64,000 nt of DNA from Fistulifera solaris (Eukaryota). The stretch is taken from NCBI GenBank assembly GCA_030295235.1, contig AP026144.1, positions 806,001 to 870,000 on the forward strand, written 5' to 3'. The translations under genes and the position numbers were made by a program. The notes beneath the pieces were generated by a model. That model was not told the DNA's origin. It searched no databases and saw nothing but the letters and a program-made list of their open reading frames with translations. Positions 46,530 to 58,264 of this stretch are shown here, piece after piece; within the stretch, counting starts at the first letter, position 1, and each line of letters opens with the position of its first letter.

Positions 46530-46982
46530 TCACGAAGCGCTGAAAAACCAAAAGAACGACTCCTTTTTAGCGTTCTCTTGCATCCTCTCTTGTTCTAGCC
46601 GCCGGCGTTGCTTTTTTTCAAAGGCTAGTGAGTTTGTTTGAGCCATGAATTTGTATGCCTCAACAGAGCTTAATTCGGGAAATTGTTCCATCGTCAGAGT
46701 CCCACGATTCACCTCAATAGCGGCCTTCCTTCTCTCTCGTGCGTGGTGCATCTTATTTAACTCGTAATCATCCACCGAGCATGACAGCAACCAGTCGACT
46801 TGATCGGTTTCGTGTACATGCTTCACGTAAACGCGACCAAAGGTGACTACGGTAGAATTGCTATTAGAAAACGAACTGTCCTCGCTTGTCGACGACGACT
46901 CCGTCTCATCGTGGCTGTCGTCCAATATAGCCGGATAGAAGATGATATCTCGTAAGGAGGACGACCTGAGCAAACGAAACAT
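46530..46982 (-). CDS. Small hypothetical protein (150 aa) with the VxF/SVDxYE/EAYxxMA domain
   Basis: ATG-initiated ORF with a conserved adjacent paralog. Confidence 0.75.
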   Translation of the reverse strand: MFRLLRSSSLRDIIFYPAILDDSHDETESSSTSEDSSFSNSNSTVVTFGRVYVKHVHETDQVDWLLSCSVDDYELNKMHHARERRKAAIEVNRGTLTMEQFPELSSVEAYKFMAQTNSLAFEKKQRRRLEQERMQENAKKESFFWFFSAS

Positions 46983-47505
46983 GAGTTCTGAGTTTAAGAC
47001 AAACGATAGATGATGAATTTAAATCATGCAAAAGTGGCAATCAGCGCAATGAGAAGGAGAATTATCGTCAGTCGTCTCATTTATTCAAGGACGGGAGTGT
47101 TTTTTGAAAAGATCGCTTGTGCGTGCCGCGGGCTCGGTGTGCAGCTTGTACTAATTTGTTCAATCACTTTCTCACTGGAAATTTCGCTTTTTTCAATAGA
47201 ACGAAATTGTAGAGACAGGTAGCAGTAAAAAGTAGCAATACGAACTCAGCACTCATTACTCACGACTCATTGTACTGAGCACTATCCGAAGTGGAATTCA
47301 AAACGACTAGCTATCAGATTTTAAGTACTGTTACCATCGGAGAGGTTCATTGCCCTTTGCCCTGTAAACGTTAACGATAATGTAGTGGGGGAACTAGGGG
47401 TTCGACTTTCGTCACTTATAGAAACCGATTAGTAATTACAGCTTCGATATAAATCTTAATGAGGTCTAATTAAACCCACAAATAACAAGCTTACACTTCG
47501 CACCA

Positions 47506-48891
47506 TCAAACAAATATTCGCGCTTTTTTGAAATAGAGAGAAAGCAATGAGATTTCAATGGCGTATAATACTCCGGACCTGGTACGTGTCAATGGCGCAT
47601 CATACCCGTACGTGTCGAACAACATTTCAGAAAAATTTACACTGCTTTCGTCACCGGACTTCGTTTTATCTTCAAAAGCTTCTTCAGCATTGCTTTTCGC
47701 TTCTCGGGTGCTTTGAGTCGAGGCGAAGCTTGGCTCACCCCTGTCCTTCCCGACTTTTGAATGATCGGGGTGCAATTGTGGATTGTCTGTCTTGGTGATT
47801 GGAGGATCTTTTCTGTACCTTTCAAGCATTCTCTCTGTGGAGTTGTTGGACTGCGACCGTCCGATAAGATCGTACTTTCAATATCCCGCCTCACTGATGT
47901 TCTTCGTAACGCTAAATTCATGGATGCGTTGTGGCTTTCCGAATCCGCTTCCGCCTTTACGTTGCTTCTAAGTTGTCGAATTTCCGAGTTTGGATGACTT
48001 TCCAAAGCTTCACTCAAAGCTTTTGACCCCGCAGCCACTTTTTTCTTTCTTTGGTGTTCGCTGCGGACGTTGCACGATACTGTTATCCGCGTTCGTAATG
48101 ACATTTCTCAATTTGTGCCCAAAATCACATACGCTTTGCTGGAAGTCATCTTTTTTATCGAGTGTGCGCCAAGTTTCTTGCTCGCATTTTTCTGTCTTTT
48201 CGGAAGTCTCAACAGAATTTTTTTCTGCAAAACTTGCGGAGAAGAAGTCTCTCCTTTCTGATATTCTTACTGACGCAACGCCGTGTTGAATTTGCTGAAC
48301 ACATTTCGGTGATGATGGATCTTGTGATTTACTTTGCGAGAAAATGAAGCCGGGAGGTGGAGAGATGCATCCTTCAAATAAAGAAGCACGATAAGCAATG
48401 AGATCGGATCGCCGTTTGGATGGCAATGTATTAAGTTTGTCTCTGGCCGAAGCTTCAGTCAAGGGTTGATGTTTAAATTCCAACGAATTCTGAAACATGT
48501 TGGAGCTCGAAACTTGAGGAGAAAACGGTTCGAAAGTAACGTCCGAAACATTCATTCCGGTCAAGAACAAAGTGCGCTTCTGTGTAATATGAATGGGTGG
48601 ACCAAGATGCTCGTACATGTTGTCGCTTATTGAATCTTCCCCAATGGCATCCATTGTCTCAATTGGAGAGCTTCGTTGTGCTGGTGCTGAAAGATTCCCA
48701 GAGCCGACTGTTGTTGATGAAGTTTCGCTGATATCCATTGTCGCTTGCGTTGAATGGTCCTTGAAAGCATCTTTCGTTCTTCGGCTTGCAAAATTGGTAA
48801 GAAACGATCCGCTCTCGTCGCTATTTGCATTTGCTTCGAAGATGGCACACCGATCCGCCAGTAAATTGTGTTTACGTCGTAAATTAGACAT
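47506..48891 (-). CDS. Ser-rich disordered hypothetical protein; probable frameshifts at 48039-48044 and 47829-47830
   Basis: Three overlapping ORFs of similar composition can be joined by single A indels; repeated RxxxF(E/S) motif. Confidence 0.55.
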
Positions 48892-51066
48892 AATGATTAA
48901 TTTGGATGAAAATGATGTGATTCGCACTCCAAGGGAAAGGGGTGAGAGTTGTTGATGAAGCTGAAATGTGTTTGCTTCAACGCTCAAATGATGAATCACA
49001 GTTGCTGCGATTTTTCGTCACTTGTCACTTGTTACGTTGTGATTTGTCCGGTGTGACAAGGAGATAAGAATATCAGAAAATGAAACCTCGCCGCCCGCCG
49101 CTGCACGAGTTTTACACATGACAGAGAATTCACGAAATAATAACCAGCAACAATAACTGCCGTACTTAATGAGAGTCAGAGAGCTTAGTGCTGACAAAAA
49201 GAACGACAATGGACAAGACCAATTCGCAGTAGTAAAGTCGCGCTCTGTTCGGAGAAAGACTACCAGGGAATGAGTTTTGCATTTAATTGTACTTGATTGG
49301 CAACCTCTTTCTCCACAATGATGCATAGAAAAAAGTACAACAATTCGTTGGACATTGAACCACGAGTCGTAACATGTGACATGGTCGAGCTGTTAATCAG
49401 TCTCTTCCGGAGTGTGGGCGAGAAACGAGCAAAAGAACTTTGTACAGAGACGGTTTAGCTTTGTGCTTTCCTCGTTCTTCTCAGAAAATAAAGCTTAAAC
49501 TCCAGTATCTTTTATCTTCATTCTTCCATCTCCGCTGTTCATTTTCACTCACTCTTCACTCTTCACTGACCACCGTCCTCGATAAGGATCAATGCTGCGA
49601 AAGGCTAAGGTCTACCTCAGAGGACGGATTTTTGTGCGAAGGGAAAGCTCGTGCTAATTATATCTTTGGTGTGCAACTCGGCTCTCTAGAGCAATAGGTT
49701 TCGCAACACTTTTGTCATTATATCTATCAAGCCAACGAATCCAGCAAATGAGAAATAAGTAACAACCTTGCATTGACACAGAAAACACCACGGAGCCGAT
49801 TAAACATGGTGGAGGGACGTCCATATCATAACAAACGAATACGCCCAGACTTATGCGATTGACATTAATGAATGGTTGATCGCAGATATCTCGAATGCTT
49901 TCGTGATGCCTCATATATTTTTACGGTTGCAAGGTTCCTCTAGCCAAGATATACGTTAGGGGCCGTCGCAAAGACAAATATTCCTTTGAAAAGCGTTGAC
50001 TGATCACAGGCCGGCTGGCTCAGCGCTTCCCCTGATAGCGAGGGATCCTTTTTGCTACTAGAAAGGTCTAAAATTTGCCAGTTAGCCCCTTTAAAATAAC
50101 AATTGCTTAAGTCTACCAATTAATCAGAAAGCATTGCTCTCGCACCACGCACCGGTCGGTCCACGTACCACGTACCGTCCGAGACGGGCAATAATAAAGC
50201 AGCGTTCTAAATATCCTATTCTTCACTTCAACGTGTTCCCACTGTTTCGAAAAGTGCCGAGAAACGCACAAGCCCTCTGATAACTTTCGAATTCTTCCAA
50301 ACCAGAAGTCAGAAGCCATAAAAAAATCCTTCTCATTATTCTAATCAAAAACTGTGCTTATTGCTCAGCCACTGCCAGGTAATCTATCCTAATTAATTTC
50401 CCTAATTTCCTAAAGTCAGAATGCAATTTTGACATTCGGACTGATTTTTTCGTTGTCCGTTTTCATTTTCTCACAAATCGTTCAAGTTGGCCCCAAGCTG
50501 AGTAGCAGGCATTCCCCCATGAATAAACAATAAGTTGCTATTTTCCAAGATTTCACTGCTCATTTCCATGCATAGTTCCTTGCTTTTTCCTTTGGAACTT
50601 TGATGCGCAATGTTGCTGTTTCGGTACTTTTTCTATAGCGATTTATGTACTCTCTCTGGTTTGATGTTGAAAGTACGTGGATGGTATACGACTAGACCGT
50701 CACTCGTCATTCGTCACTCGTCACCATCACCTTTTAAGATTGCCGTCTACGGAAGAACCTTCTAAGGAACGCGATTGTCACAGGGCTTAACTAAATCTAC
50801 CAGTTTGGCGAATGTAGATCTGCGCCATCAAGAAAGTATTTCAAAAGCCCCTTTCTCTTTTGTATGAAATCCCAATTGCACGAGCGATGGCCTTGGATGG
50901 CGAGGAGAGCTGAATGTGTATGGATGCATTGCGAATGAACTCAGACGATGATTTATTTATCAATCGTGAAAATGCACATTACCCTGAAAGACTCACAACA
51001 TTGCCAACAACGCAACAAAGCTATACAACTTCTCGATTAACAATCAGTGTAGCGGAGACTAAAACA

Positions 51067-51839
51067 ATGATATCGACGTCTCCATTTTCCTGGGAGAGGT
51101 TACGAACGAATGCAAATACGAATCATCAGCAAAGCAATAGGGCTCGCGAACCCCTCAACGACACTCCAATGCGCAACAGCGCTGATGCAGGATTCTGCAC
51201 CGGCAAGATCCAATCCTTACGTACCCGATCGTATCCCGAATCTCCTCGTCACAAAGCGTCGTTGATGAAACTTTCATCGCAGAATTCATCGTCCTTGACC
51301 AGAGTACTGCAAGAAAAAGCGAAGGCGCGAGTCGGATTGCGCAATCCGCCCCATATCATTTATCGAGCACTGCAAGAACACAAGTTAAAAATGGTGAATA
51401 CTTTAAACGATACACAGAATAACAATCAAGCGGAATACTTGCAACAGCTTCGGCAACAGCTCCATTCGATCGAGGAGGAGTTGAAAAAATATTGGTTGAA
51501 GATCAACAACAATCTCAATCGGATACAGCCACAATAGCAGGAGAAGATTCACAAAGAGCTGCCCCGAGACGACGGAACAGTATAGGTCGCTGTACCAATA
51601 TTGCGCACGAAATTGAATCCATTCGTCACGCATTATTGTACGATTTTACGTCTCAACAGCAGCAGCAAGAACAGCAACAACGGCAACGAAGGAATCGGCG
51701 CAACCGCCAGCATACGTTTCCGGTTCCCTTATCAATTCCGGAAGGAGAAGAGGAGCATTGTTTGTGGTCCTCGTGTCCTTCTCTTGTGTATGAACCAGAA
51801 CCCCGTGATTTGCCGCCCAAATTACCGACGCGTCGATAA
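51067..51839 (+). CDS. Hypothetical coiled-coil/disordered protein; frameshift at 51484-51489
   Basis: Adding one A joins EEELKK to ILVEDQQQ...; ends with the PxxPxR motif DLPPKLPTRR. Confidence 0.6.
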
Positions 51840-52029
51840 TGGCGAATGGTTGATGATTGTATGCAGACATATGATTGTCAAATTTGTAAAGACTTGAGCA
51901 CAGTCGCTTTCTATTTTTGGAGAAGAATGATTTTTGGCGGACTAAACTGTAGCAGTAACTATCTTTTCAATCTCTGTATACTTATCATATCCATTTATAT
52001 GTAGTTGTCACCGCTAAAAAGATGAAACT

Positions 52030-52149
52030 CGTCTACTGTTAGGTTTTGAAGGCATAGGTGAATTGAGAATGGCTGCTGTTCAATGACTTCGTCTACTGTT
52101 AGGTTTTGAAGGCATAGATGAATTGAGAATGGCTGCTGTTCAATGACTT
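52030..52149. repeat. 60-bp direct tandem duplication (2 copies, 1 mismatch)
   Basis: 52030-52089 and 52090-52149 are identical except G/A at 52058/52118. Confidence 0.95.
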
Positions 52150-52492
52150 ACCGAAAGAAGGGACAAGGACAGCCTGCTCATGCGATTGATCACAGTTGGT
52201 CTAAAATACTGGAGCGAGAGTGAACAAGGCACATCACTGTCTTTTTTGAATCCAAATTAAAGTGGTCGTATCATTCAGCGTTCTAGTTCGACTTAGGCTT
52301 ATGGCTGTGTCGCACGACTCCTCCTTGAATTGAGATCGCAGATGGGGGTGCGGACGACAGACGGGCCGCCTTATCATCCTGCAAATAAAGCAAAGCAAAG
52401 CATGAAATAAGTGCTCACTTTTGTTTGTTGATTGATAAAATTATTCATTTCCTTCAATTCTTTTGTTTTTCAGTTTACCTATAAGCAGTAAA

Positions 52493-52876
52493 ATGCAGGT
52501 AAGGAAGAAGTCATTGCGAAAAGTGCCGAAAAAAGGCAAACAAGCATGCACAAAAGTCTTTTTCTTTACAACCTCATCCCGCTCGTTTCTCTGCGCCCTC
52601 AATATTATCTTTTATTCGTTTTACTTGTTTCTATTTTCTTACACACAGATTTTCATCAAAACATTAACTGGCCGCAAACAAGCTTTGAATTTCGAACCCG
52701 ATCAACACGTTTTGGCGATCAAACAAGCTTTGCAAGAAAAGGAAGGCATTCAAGTCGATCAAATCAAATTAATTTACAGCGGAAAGCAACTGGCGGACGA
52801 CAAGTCTTTAGAATCGTACAGTATCAGTGCGGGCGCGACCATTCATATGGTGTTGCAATTGCGGGGTGGTATTTGA
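52493..52876 (+). CDS. NEDD8: NEDD8/RUB ubiquitin-like modifier (77-aa precursor); intron 52499-52648
   Basis: MQ|IFIKTLTG...EKEGI...LIYSGKQL...IHMVLQLRGG-I; EKEGI and LIYSGKQ are NEDD8-type. Confidence 0.88.
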   Translation: MQVRKKSLRKVPKKGKQACTKVFFFTTSSRSFLCALNIIFYSFYLFLFSYTQIFIKTLTGRKQALNFEPDQHVLAIKQALQEKEGIQVDQIKLIYSGKQLADDKSLESYSISAGATIHMVLQLRGGI

Positions 52877-52989
52877 GTTGTTGTAACGAGGCTTATGCAA
52901 ATACGACTGCTTCTTCAGCGCAAGTACTAAGCCTACAAAGAGTCTAGTACCCCAAGCTGAGAGTTCTATTGTATTCACTTGACGATCGT

Positions 52990-54676
52990 CTACTCGTTCT
53001 TGTCGTTATTTTCGTTGCTCGATTTTCCATAGTGCTGTGGAGATACTTGTCGTCGAAGGGCGGGTATTTGTTCGTGTAAGATCGATTGCAAAAACTGAAT
53101 GTCTTTCGCACTCGGTTTGGATGGTGATTGAGACAAGGCCGTCGGCAACGTATGTCGTAATCGTTGCCACACGGCGGCCGTATATTCATCCCCATTTTGT
53201 ATTTCGCGGGCGTGGGTCCGTGAAAAGGCGGCACTCAATTCGGTGGCGGTTTGGGATTGTTCCGTCCAGGCCTGGAGCGCGGTTGAATGATACCACATCA
53301 ACCCACTCGTCGACAAAAGTACGGTAGCCGCCATACCACTGGTAACTGCCGCTGCCGACGAAACGGTGGCGGCGGTCGTCGTATGCCACAAGACCGTTGC
53401 GGCACTCCCCATTGTTAAAACTCCCGTGACTTGCTGTACCGCCTTCCAAAACAATTTGCTTTTTCGAGCATGCCAATCTTGCAATAACTTGGCCTGCATT
53501 TCCAACAAGCAGCAACTATCGTACAGTAGCGTAATAACATTGTCCACGCGTCGGGCGGGTGCTTGACGAATTTGTTCTACTACTTCGTGTCGCGCGGTTT
53601 CTAAATCTTGTTGTAAGACCGAAACAGATGGCGGTGTTGCGTCAATCTTGTCATTGGATGTCGTCGAAGGCAAACACATGGTGTAAATGCGCGGCAAATC
53701 TTTGCGCGGAATCACTTTACTCAAATTCCAACACAAACTTCCGTACGCGCGGGCAAAATCGTGCATCTTTTCGAACTGATCGGCTTTATTTAAAACAATC
53801 AGCAATTTGTGATCCATCCCACTCAAACTGTGCAACAAAACACTGAGCGTTTCACCGGTCGTCCCCGGTTTGTCTGGATCAAAAAACAAACAAACGACAT
53901 CGGCCCGTTCGGCCATCCAACGCAAAACTCCTTGAAAATCGTATCCCCGATCCATGGGTGTTTTTCCTAAAAAGCCCGTAGCATTTCCGGGACTATCAAT
54001 CATCCCGGGTGTATCAATCATGATGAAATTGGCATTTAAATCGCGACGAATTTTCAATAAGGAATGATGAATGAGGGTGGGACCGAATTGTCGCAACGGA
54101 CTGAATCCCCAATCGGGGTCACCGATTCTGTAGTCGAAACGAGGGATAGAAAACAGCAGAAATCAGAGACGGAAAAATGAGTGATGATGTTTGGAAAACA
54201 ATACTGCACAAAAAAAAGGAATGCGCATTTTACTCTGGATACGTACAAGGCCGGCCCATCTTGATCACGATCTTCGGGTCCAGGAGCAATAATGGTAAAG
54301 GCATCATCCGTAGGCGCGACACCTGCTTTTTGAATTTGTCGTCCCAACACATGATTAATGAAGGAACTTTTTCCGGACGAATGATTGCCCACTAAGAGTA
54401 CGGCGGGCAACGCCATACTCGGATAGATGGCATCAAGAGGGCCGTGTAGCTGAAAAGACAGAAAGTAAGAGATAGTGCTGCGTTATTACAAGAGGGGAGT
54501 AGCTCATTTGTACTTACTTTTTCATTGAGAGGCAATAACGATTGATACAAAGCTTGACATTGATCCATCACTTGTTGTTGGTGTGTTGAGTAATAATTTG
54601 TGTTATTAGCGGACGATAAACATCGAACCAGTCGGTCAATTTGTGGGAAACGAATGCATCTTCGAGTAGCAAACAT
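52990..54676 (-). CDS. EHD/sarcalumenin-like dynamin-superfamily NTPase with mitochondrial-type presequence and C-terminal hydrophobic hairpin; introns 54450-54517 and 54128-54246
   Basis: G1 GNHSSGKS, G2 APT, G3 DTPG, G4 NKAD, RGYDF, RAYGSLCWNL; both introns are canonical and in frame. Confidence 0.88.
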
Positions 54677-56145
54677 GTTTGATACAAAAAGATAAAGGAG
54701 AGAAGAAGGAATGAAAGACGAATGCTTATGGCTTTTTGTAGAGGATCAACTGGAGCGACAATCAAAGACGAAAAAGGTGGGCGGCGTTCTCGTTATTATT
54801 TGGCCTGGCCTTTGCACGGGAGTCATGAATCAGGAATCATCAGGATGAGTCAGGAGTCTGTATTCTGTACTCGCTTCGTCGTTCCTCGGAAGCGCGCTGA
54901 AAGAACTGAAGCGATTCATTGTGCATGCATCTCTTCATTTTTTCTCAAAATAAATAAGATACTAATTCTAGTTTCTTTTCGAAAAACATCTTTTATCTAA
55001 CACAGTAATGTTTTCTTTTCGCTTCGTTAGCCAGCACCGTAGCGTGGCTACAACGGCATGTGTGCAAAGGCTTAATGAGGATGAAGCAATGAATTGGTTA
55101 TTTTCTTCACAAGTTTCAACTTGGGCATCTCTCAGTTATCAACTAGAGTGAAAGGAAATACTCAGTACATGCTTTATCTGCAGTCCATTCCCCCTCAACT
55201 GCTGTCTTTTACTCCACTTTATCAAAGTTGCTCAAACTAGACTTATTTGATGGAACAGGTATCATCAAACCATCCTGGTTGAACAAAGAAGATTCCGAGA
55301 ACGACAAAAATGTGATGTTGATTAATTCATTTCACCAAGGATGCAACAACCGCAACAACATAGCGTGGAAAGGCCTGTTGAGGCTATTTTGCGCTGACGT
55401 TTTACTCGCGGCTGAAAGTTCAAAGTGAACGCGCGACCCGCGACCGGCAAAGGGCAACTCGAATAAATTACCAGTACTTGAATAGTAGAATGTGCAAGGG
55501 CAGCAAGTTCACGAGCATCTCCAATTTACTAAATATCCAGTCAGTTAAGACAAAAATCTTTACCAGCCAAAACGAATGTTACGAAGAAATCCCGAATCCC
55601 GACTGGTGGCTGGTGGTGGATTATGGATTATCGTACTTTTCTACTGTATATTTCATTCCCGATATCGTTGGAGGGAAATAGAAAATAAATCGCACTATAC
55701 TAATGGGTGTTCATCTTTGCTTTTCCATTCTTGCACGTTTCGGAGGTATTACTCCCCACAATCCAATACCGATTCGGAGCATCGGAAAAAGTTCCACACA
55801 TTCACGGGACGACGCTCCGAAACGGAAACGTCGACCATCCGATCACAAAAAAAAAAGACGGTGATCCAACGATTCCAACACATCCCTCGTCATTCTTGTT
55901 TGCATATAGCAAAGCAGATCCCCAAGACCTCAGTCAGCGAGTAGAAGGGCTATTATACAACTATTGTGTTGCTTTCTTGCGTTCCTCTCTTTCCTCTCTC
56001 TCTCGAGCAAGACATTGATTCATTATTAGCAAACGCACGTTCCTTGAATAGAGTCGCGTGGAAGGGACGGAACGGAAATAGATTCATTCATTGCGGAGGT
56101 GAAAGTGTTTTTTTCAACGTCATTGATCGTGCAAAGAAGAAAACA

Positions 56146-57688
56146 ATGCTCGTTACAACGCAAGAGATCCAATGGGACGGGCACTTGTCAACGACGAACA
56201 GCATAGAATCACAAAAACGGCAAATGGAGGATTGGAAAAACGATTTGACGATAAATTCGTACGATACCATTGAACTGTTGAAACAGTCGTTGAAGCAATT
56301 GAATTACTTGACACAACAACAATCGCAACAGGAACAAGCGACTTGTTTGCAAGGCGACGACGAAGAAGCCAAGGAGACGTTGGAAAGTAACACTCGTTCG
56401 TCCTTATTGAAACTCATTGAAGAATATGACCAACCGCGATCAGTGCTTCTAAACGGCCGCAGCAAAACACTCTCACGTCGCAACTCACTCAGTTCGCAAG
56501 TATCGACCAGTTCTCACGCATCGAACAAATCGGTACGATTCGGGAATGTTAGTATCGTGACCGCACAAGAGTTGGCGCAATTGAGTGTGACGACTGTCGA
56601 TGCTTATGAACGGGAAAGTAGTGCACGGAAACGACAACAAAAGAAACCCGATAAGACGGATGTCCTGGAAGAATACGTGAAAATGGCACAATCGACGCGG
56701 CGACGACCGGAACGGACGCATTCGATGTCGAACCTTTCGAATAGTTCGGATTCGAAAGCCCGAAGGCGTTCGTTGTTTCGCAAGAAAGACGATTCGAGCA
56801 GTGTGCGTTCAAAACAAAGTGCAGTGTCGCTAAACGACAGCGTCGCTTCCTCCAGCCGTTCGCATCGAAATGCGAAACAGCAAAACCGGCCTTCGTCGCA
56901 TAACGGCAATGACAACCACAGTGTCGGATCGTCGAAAGCCAGCCGTGCTTCCCTCTCCTCGAGGCTCGAAACAACAGAACAACGAACCTCTCAACATCAA
57001 CAAAAGTATCTTTGTTACCAAAATGTTCTCGAAACCCTTCCAACGACGGAAAGGGAAGCATACTACTACTTGTACTCAGCCATCTTCGAATCCGACAGAA
57101 ACGAGCAATAACCAGGACCATGTGGATATTTCCGAAGTCACCATGGACGATAATATCACCGAGACATCGTCGAATGATGATTCCGCGGCGATTGTGATGA
57201 AAGATAGTCGGTATCAGCGGCAACGACAACAGCGTCGTCGCACACCACAAAAGGCTTCCGTTCCGGAACAGCCTCCGCGGCGCGGCGTGCGACGATCCAA
57301 TTCTTCGGGTGCCTCTTCGGTCGCATCGTCACGATCTTTGGTACAACGGGCGGCTCGTCTCTTGTTGCGTCGTCCGTCGGCCAACCATTCCGACGTTTGT
57401 TCCGTGGCCTCGTCGATTTCGTCCAGTGCCGCCTGTGTGGTTCGAGACGATGATACAACTCCTTTACATCCATCCATTGTCATTATGAACGAGGTCACGG
57501 AGGAAACACTGGACGACGATGATTCAGATGATCCTCCCAGCAACGAAGATACTGCAAAATTGCAATACGATATTGACAATTTGAAAAAACGGATTATGGG
57601 TTTGGTCGTGGAGCACATGGAAGAAAGTGAGAAACAAAAACAATTGAAACTGCAATCCAAACGCGCTGTGGCAACGACGGCTTCTTGA
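56146..57688 (+). CDS. Coiled-coil/Ser-Arg-rich protein with the VxF/VDxYE/EEYxxMA domain; probable frameshift near 56970
   Basis: KSVRFGNV...TVDAYER...LEEYVKMAQSTRR; overlapping ORFs 55966-57111 and 56870-57688 have continuous composition. Confidence 0.62.
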
Positions 57689-58264
57689 ATGAATAGAGTG
57701 ATGGGTGATGGCAGGCACCCATGTAGAATGTAGAGGCGCAATAATTCCAAAAGATATCATTAATTGGACATTCGTTGAATTTCTCCTGAAGAATAGTACC
57801 CTATTTATAGAAACAGTTTTATTTGCGTCGGACAGGACATGTAGCTTTCGAGCGACTCATATTTTAGCGGTTTTTTTTTTAAAATGGCTCTTGGAGTGGG
57901 CAATCGCTTCTTTCAGCTTTCAGCGACCATGTGCGTCCATCCAAAATCAAACCTACCTTGATTTCCGTTCGTTTCTACTATATTATCTTGATTACCCTTT
58001 ATTGGATTTGTGATCGTTTTGGGTCGAGAATTCTGGCAATAACGAAAAGGCTGGAAGTGGAAGTAAACTTTCAGCACGACAGGCACGTGAATGGCCATCA
58101 TCCCCGACTCATTGTTTCGCAGCGCAACACGCAAACGAAAAAATAAAAACGTCCACTTTACAAAACGAGCTTCGTTGTTTGTGTATCTATTATTTGAACC
58201 TTATTATTATTACTCCGTATTAATCTTTATTTCCTGTTTTTCATTTGAAAACAGCTTGTCGAAT

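Noticed and set aside
49000..50900. Gene-free 1.9-kb stretch examined for ncRNA, tRNA or transposon
   Set aside because: No cloverleaf, terminal repeats or coding signal recognised; consistent with a divergent promoter region.
9720..51489. Programmed ribosomal frameshifting or RNA editing as a system explaining the broken genes
   Set aside because: The indels go in both directions, occur in A, T, G and C runs, and share no slippery or stimulatory motif. The pattern fits sequencing error.
52030..52149. CRISPR-like array or snoRNA pair
   Set aside because: Only two abutting copies with no spacers, in a eukaryotic context; no convincing C/D or H/ACA box pair seen.
54420..54450. Suspected frameshift in exon 2 of the EHD-like gene
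   Set aside because: Using the acceptor at 54450, the exon reads LHGPLDAIYPSMALP in frame, so no indel is needed.
54820..54860. Cluster of TGA(G/A)TCA-like bZIP sites upstream of the EHD-like gene; similar TCGTCAC repeats at 50697-50730
   Set aside because: The motifs are short and degenerate, and function cannot be supported from sequence alone.
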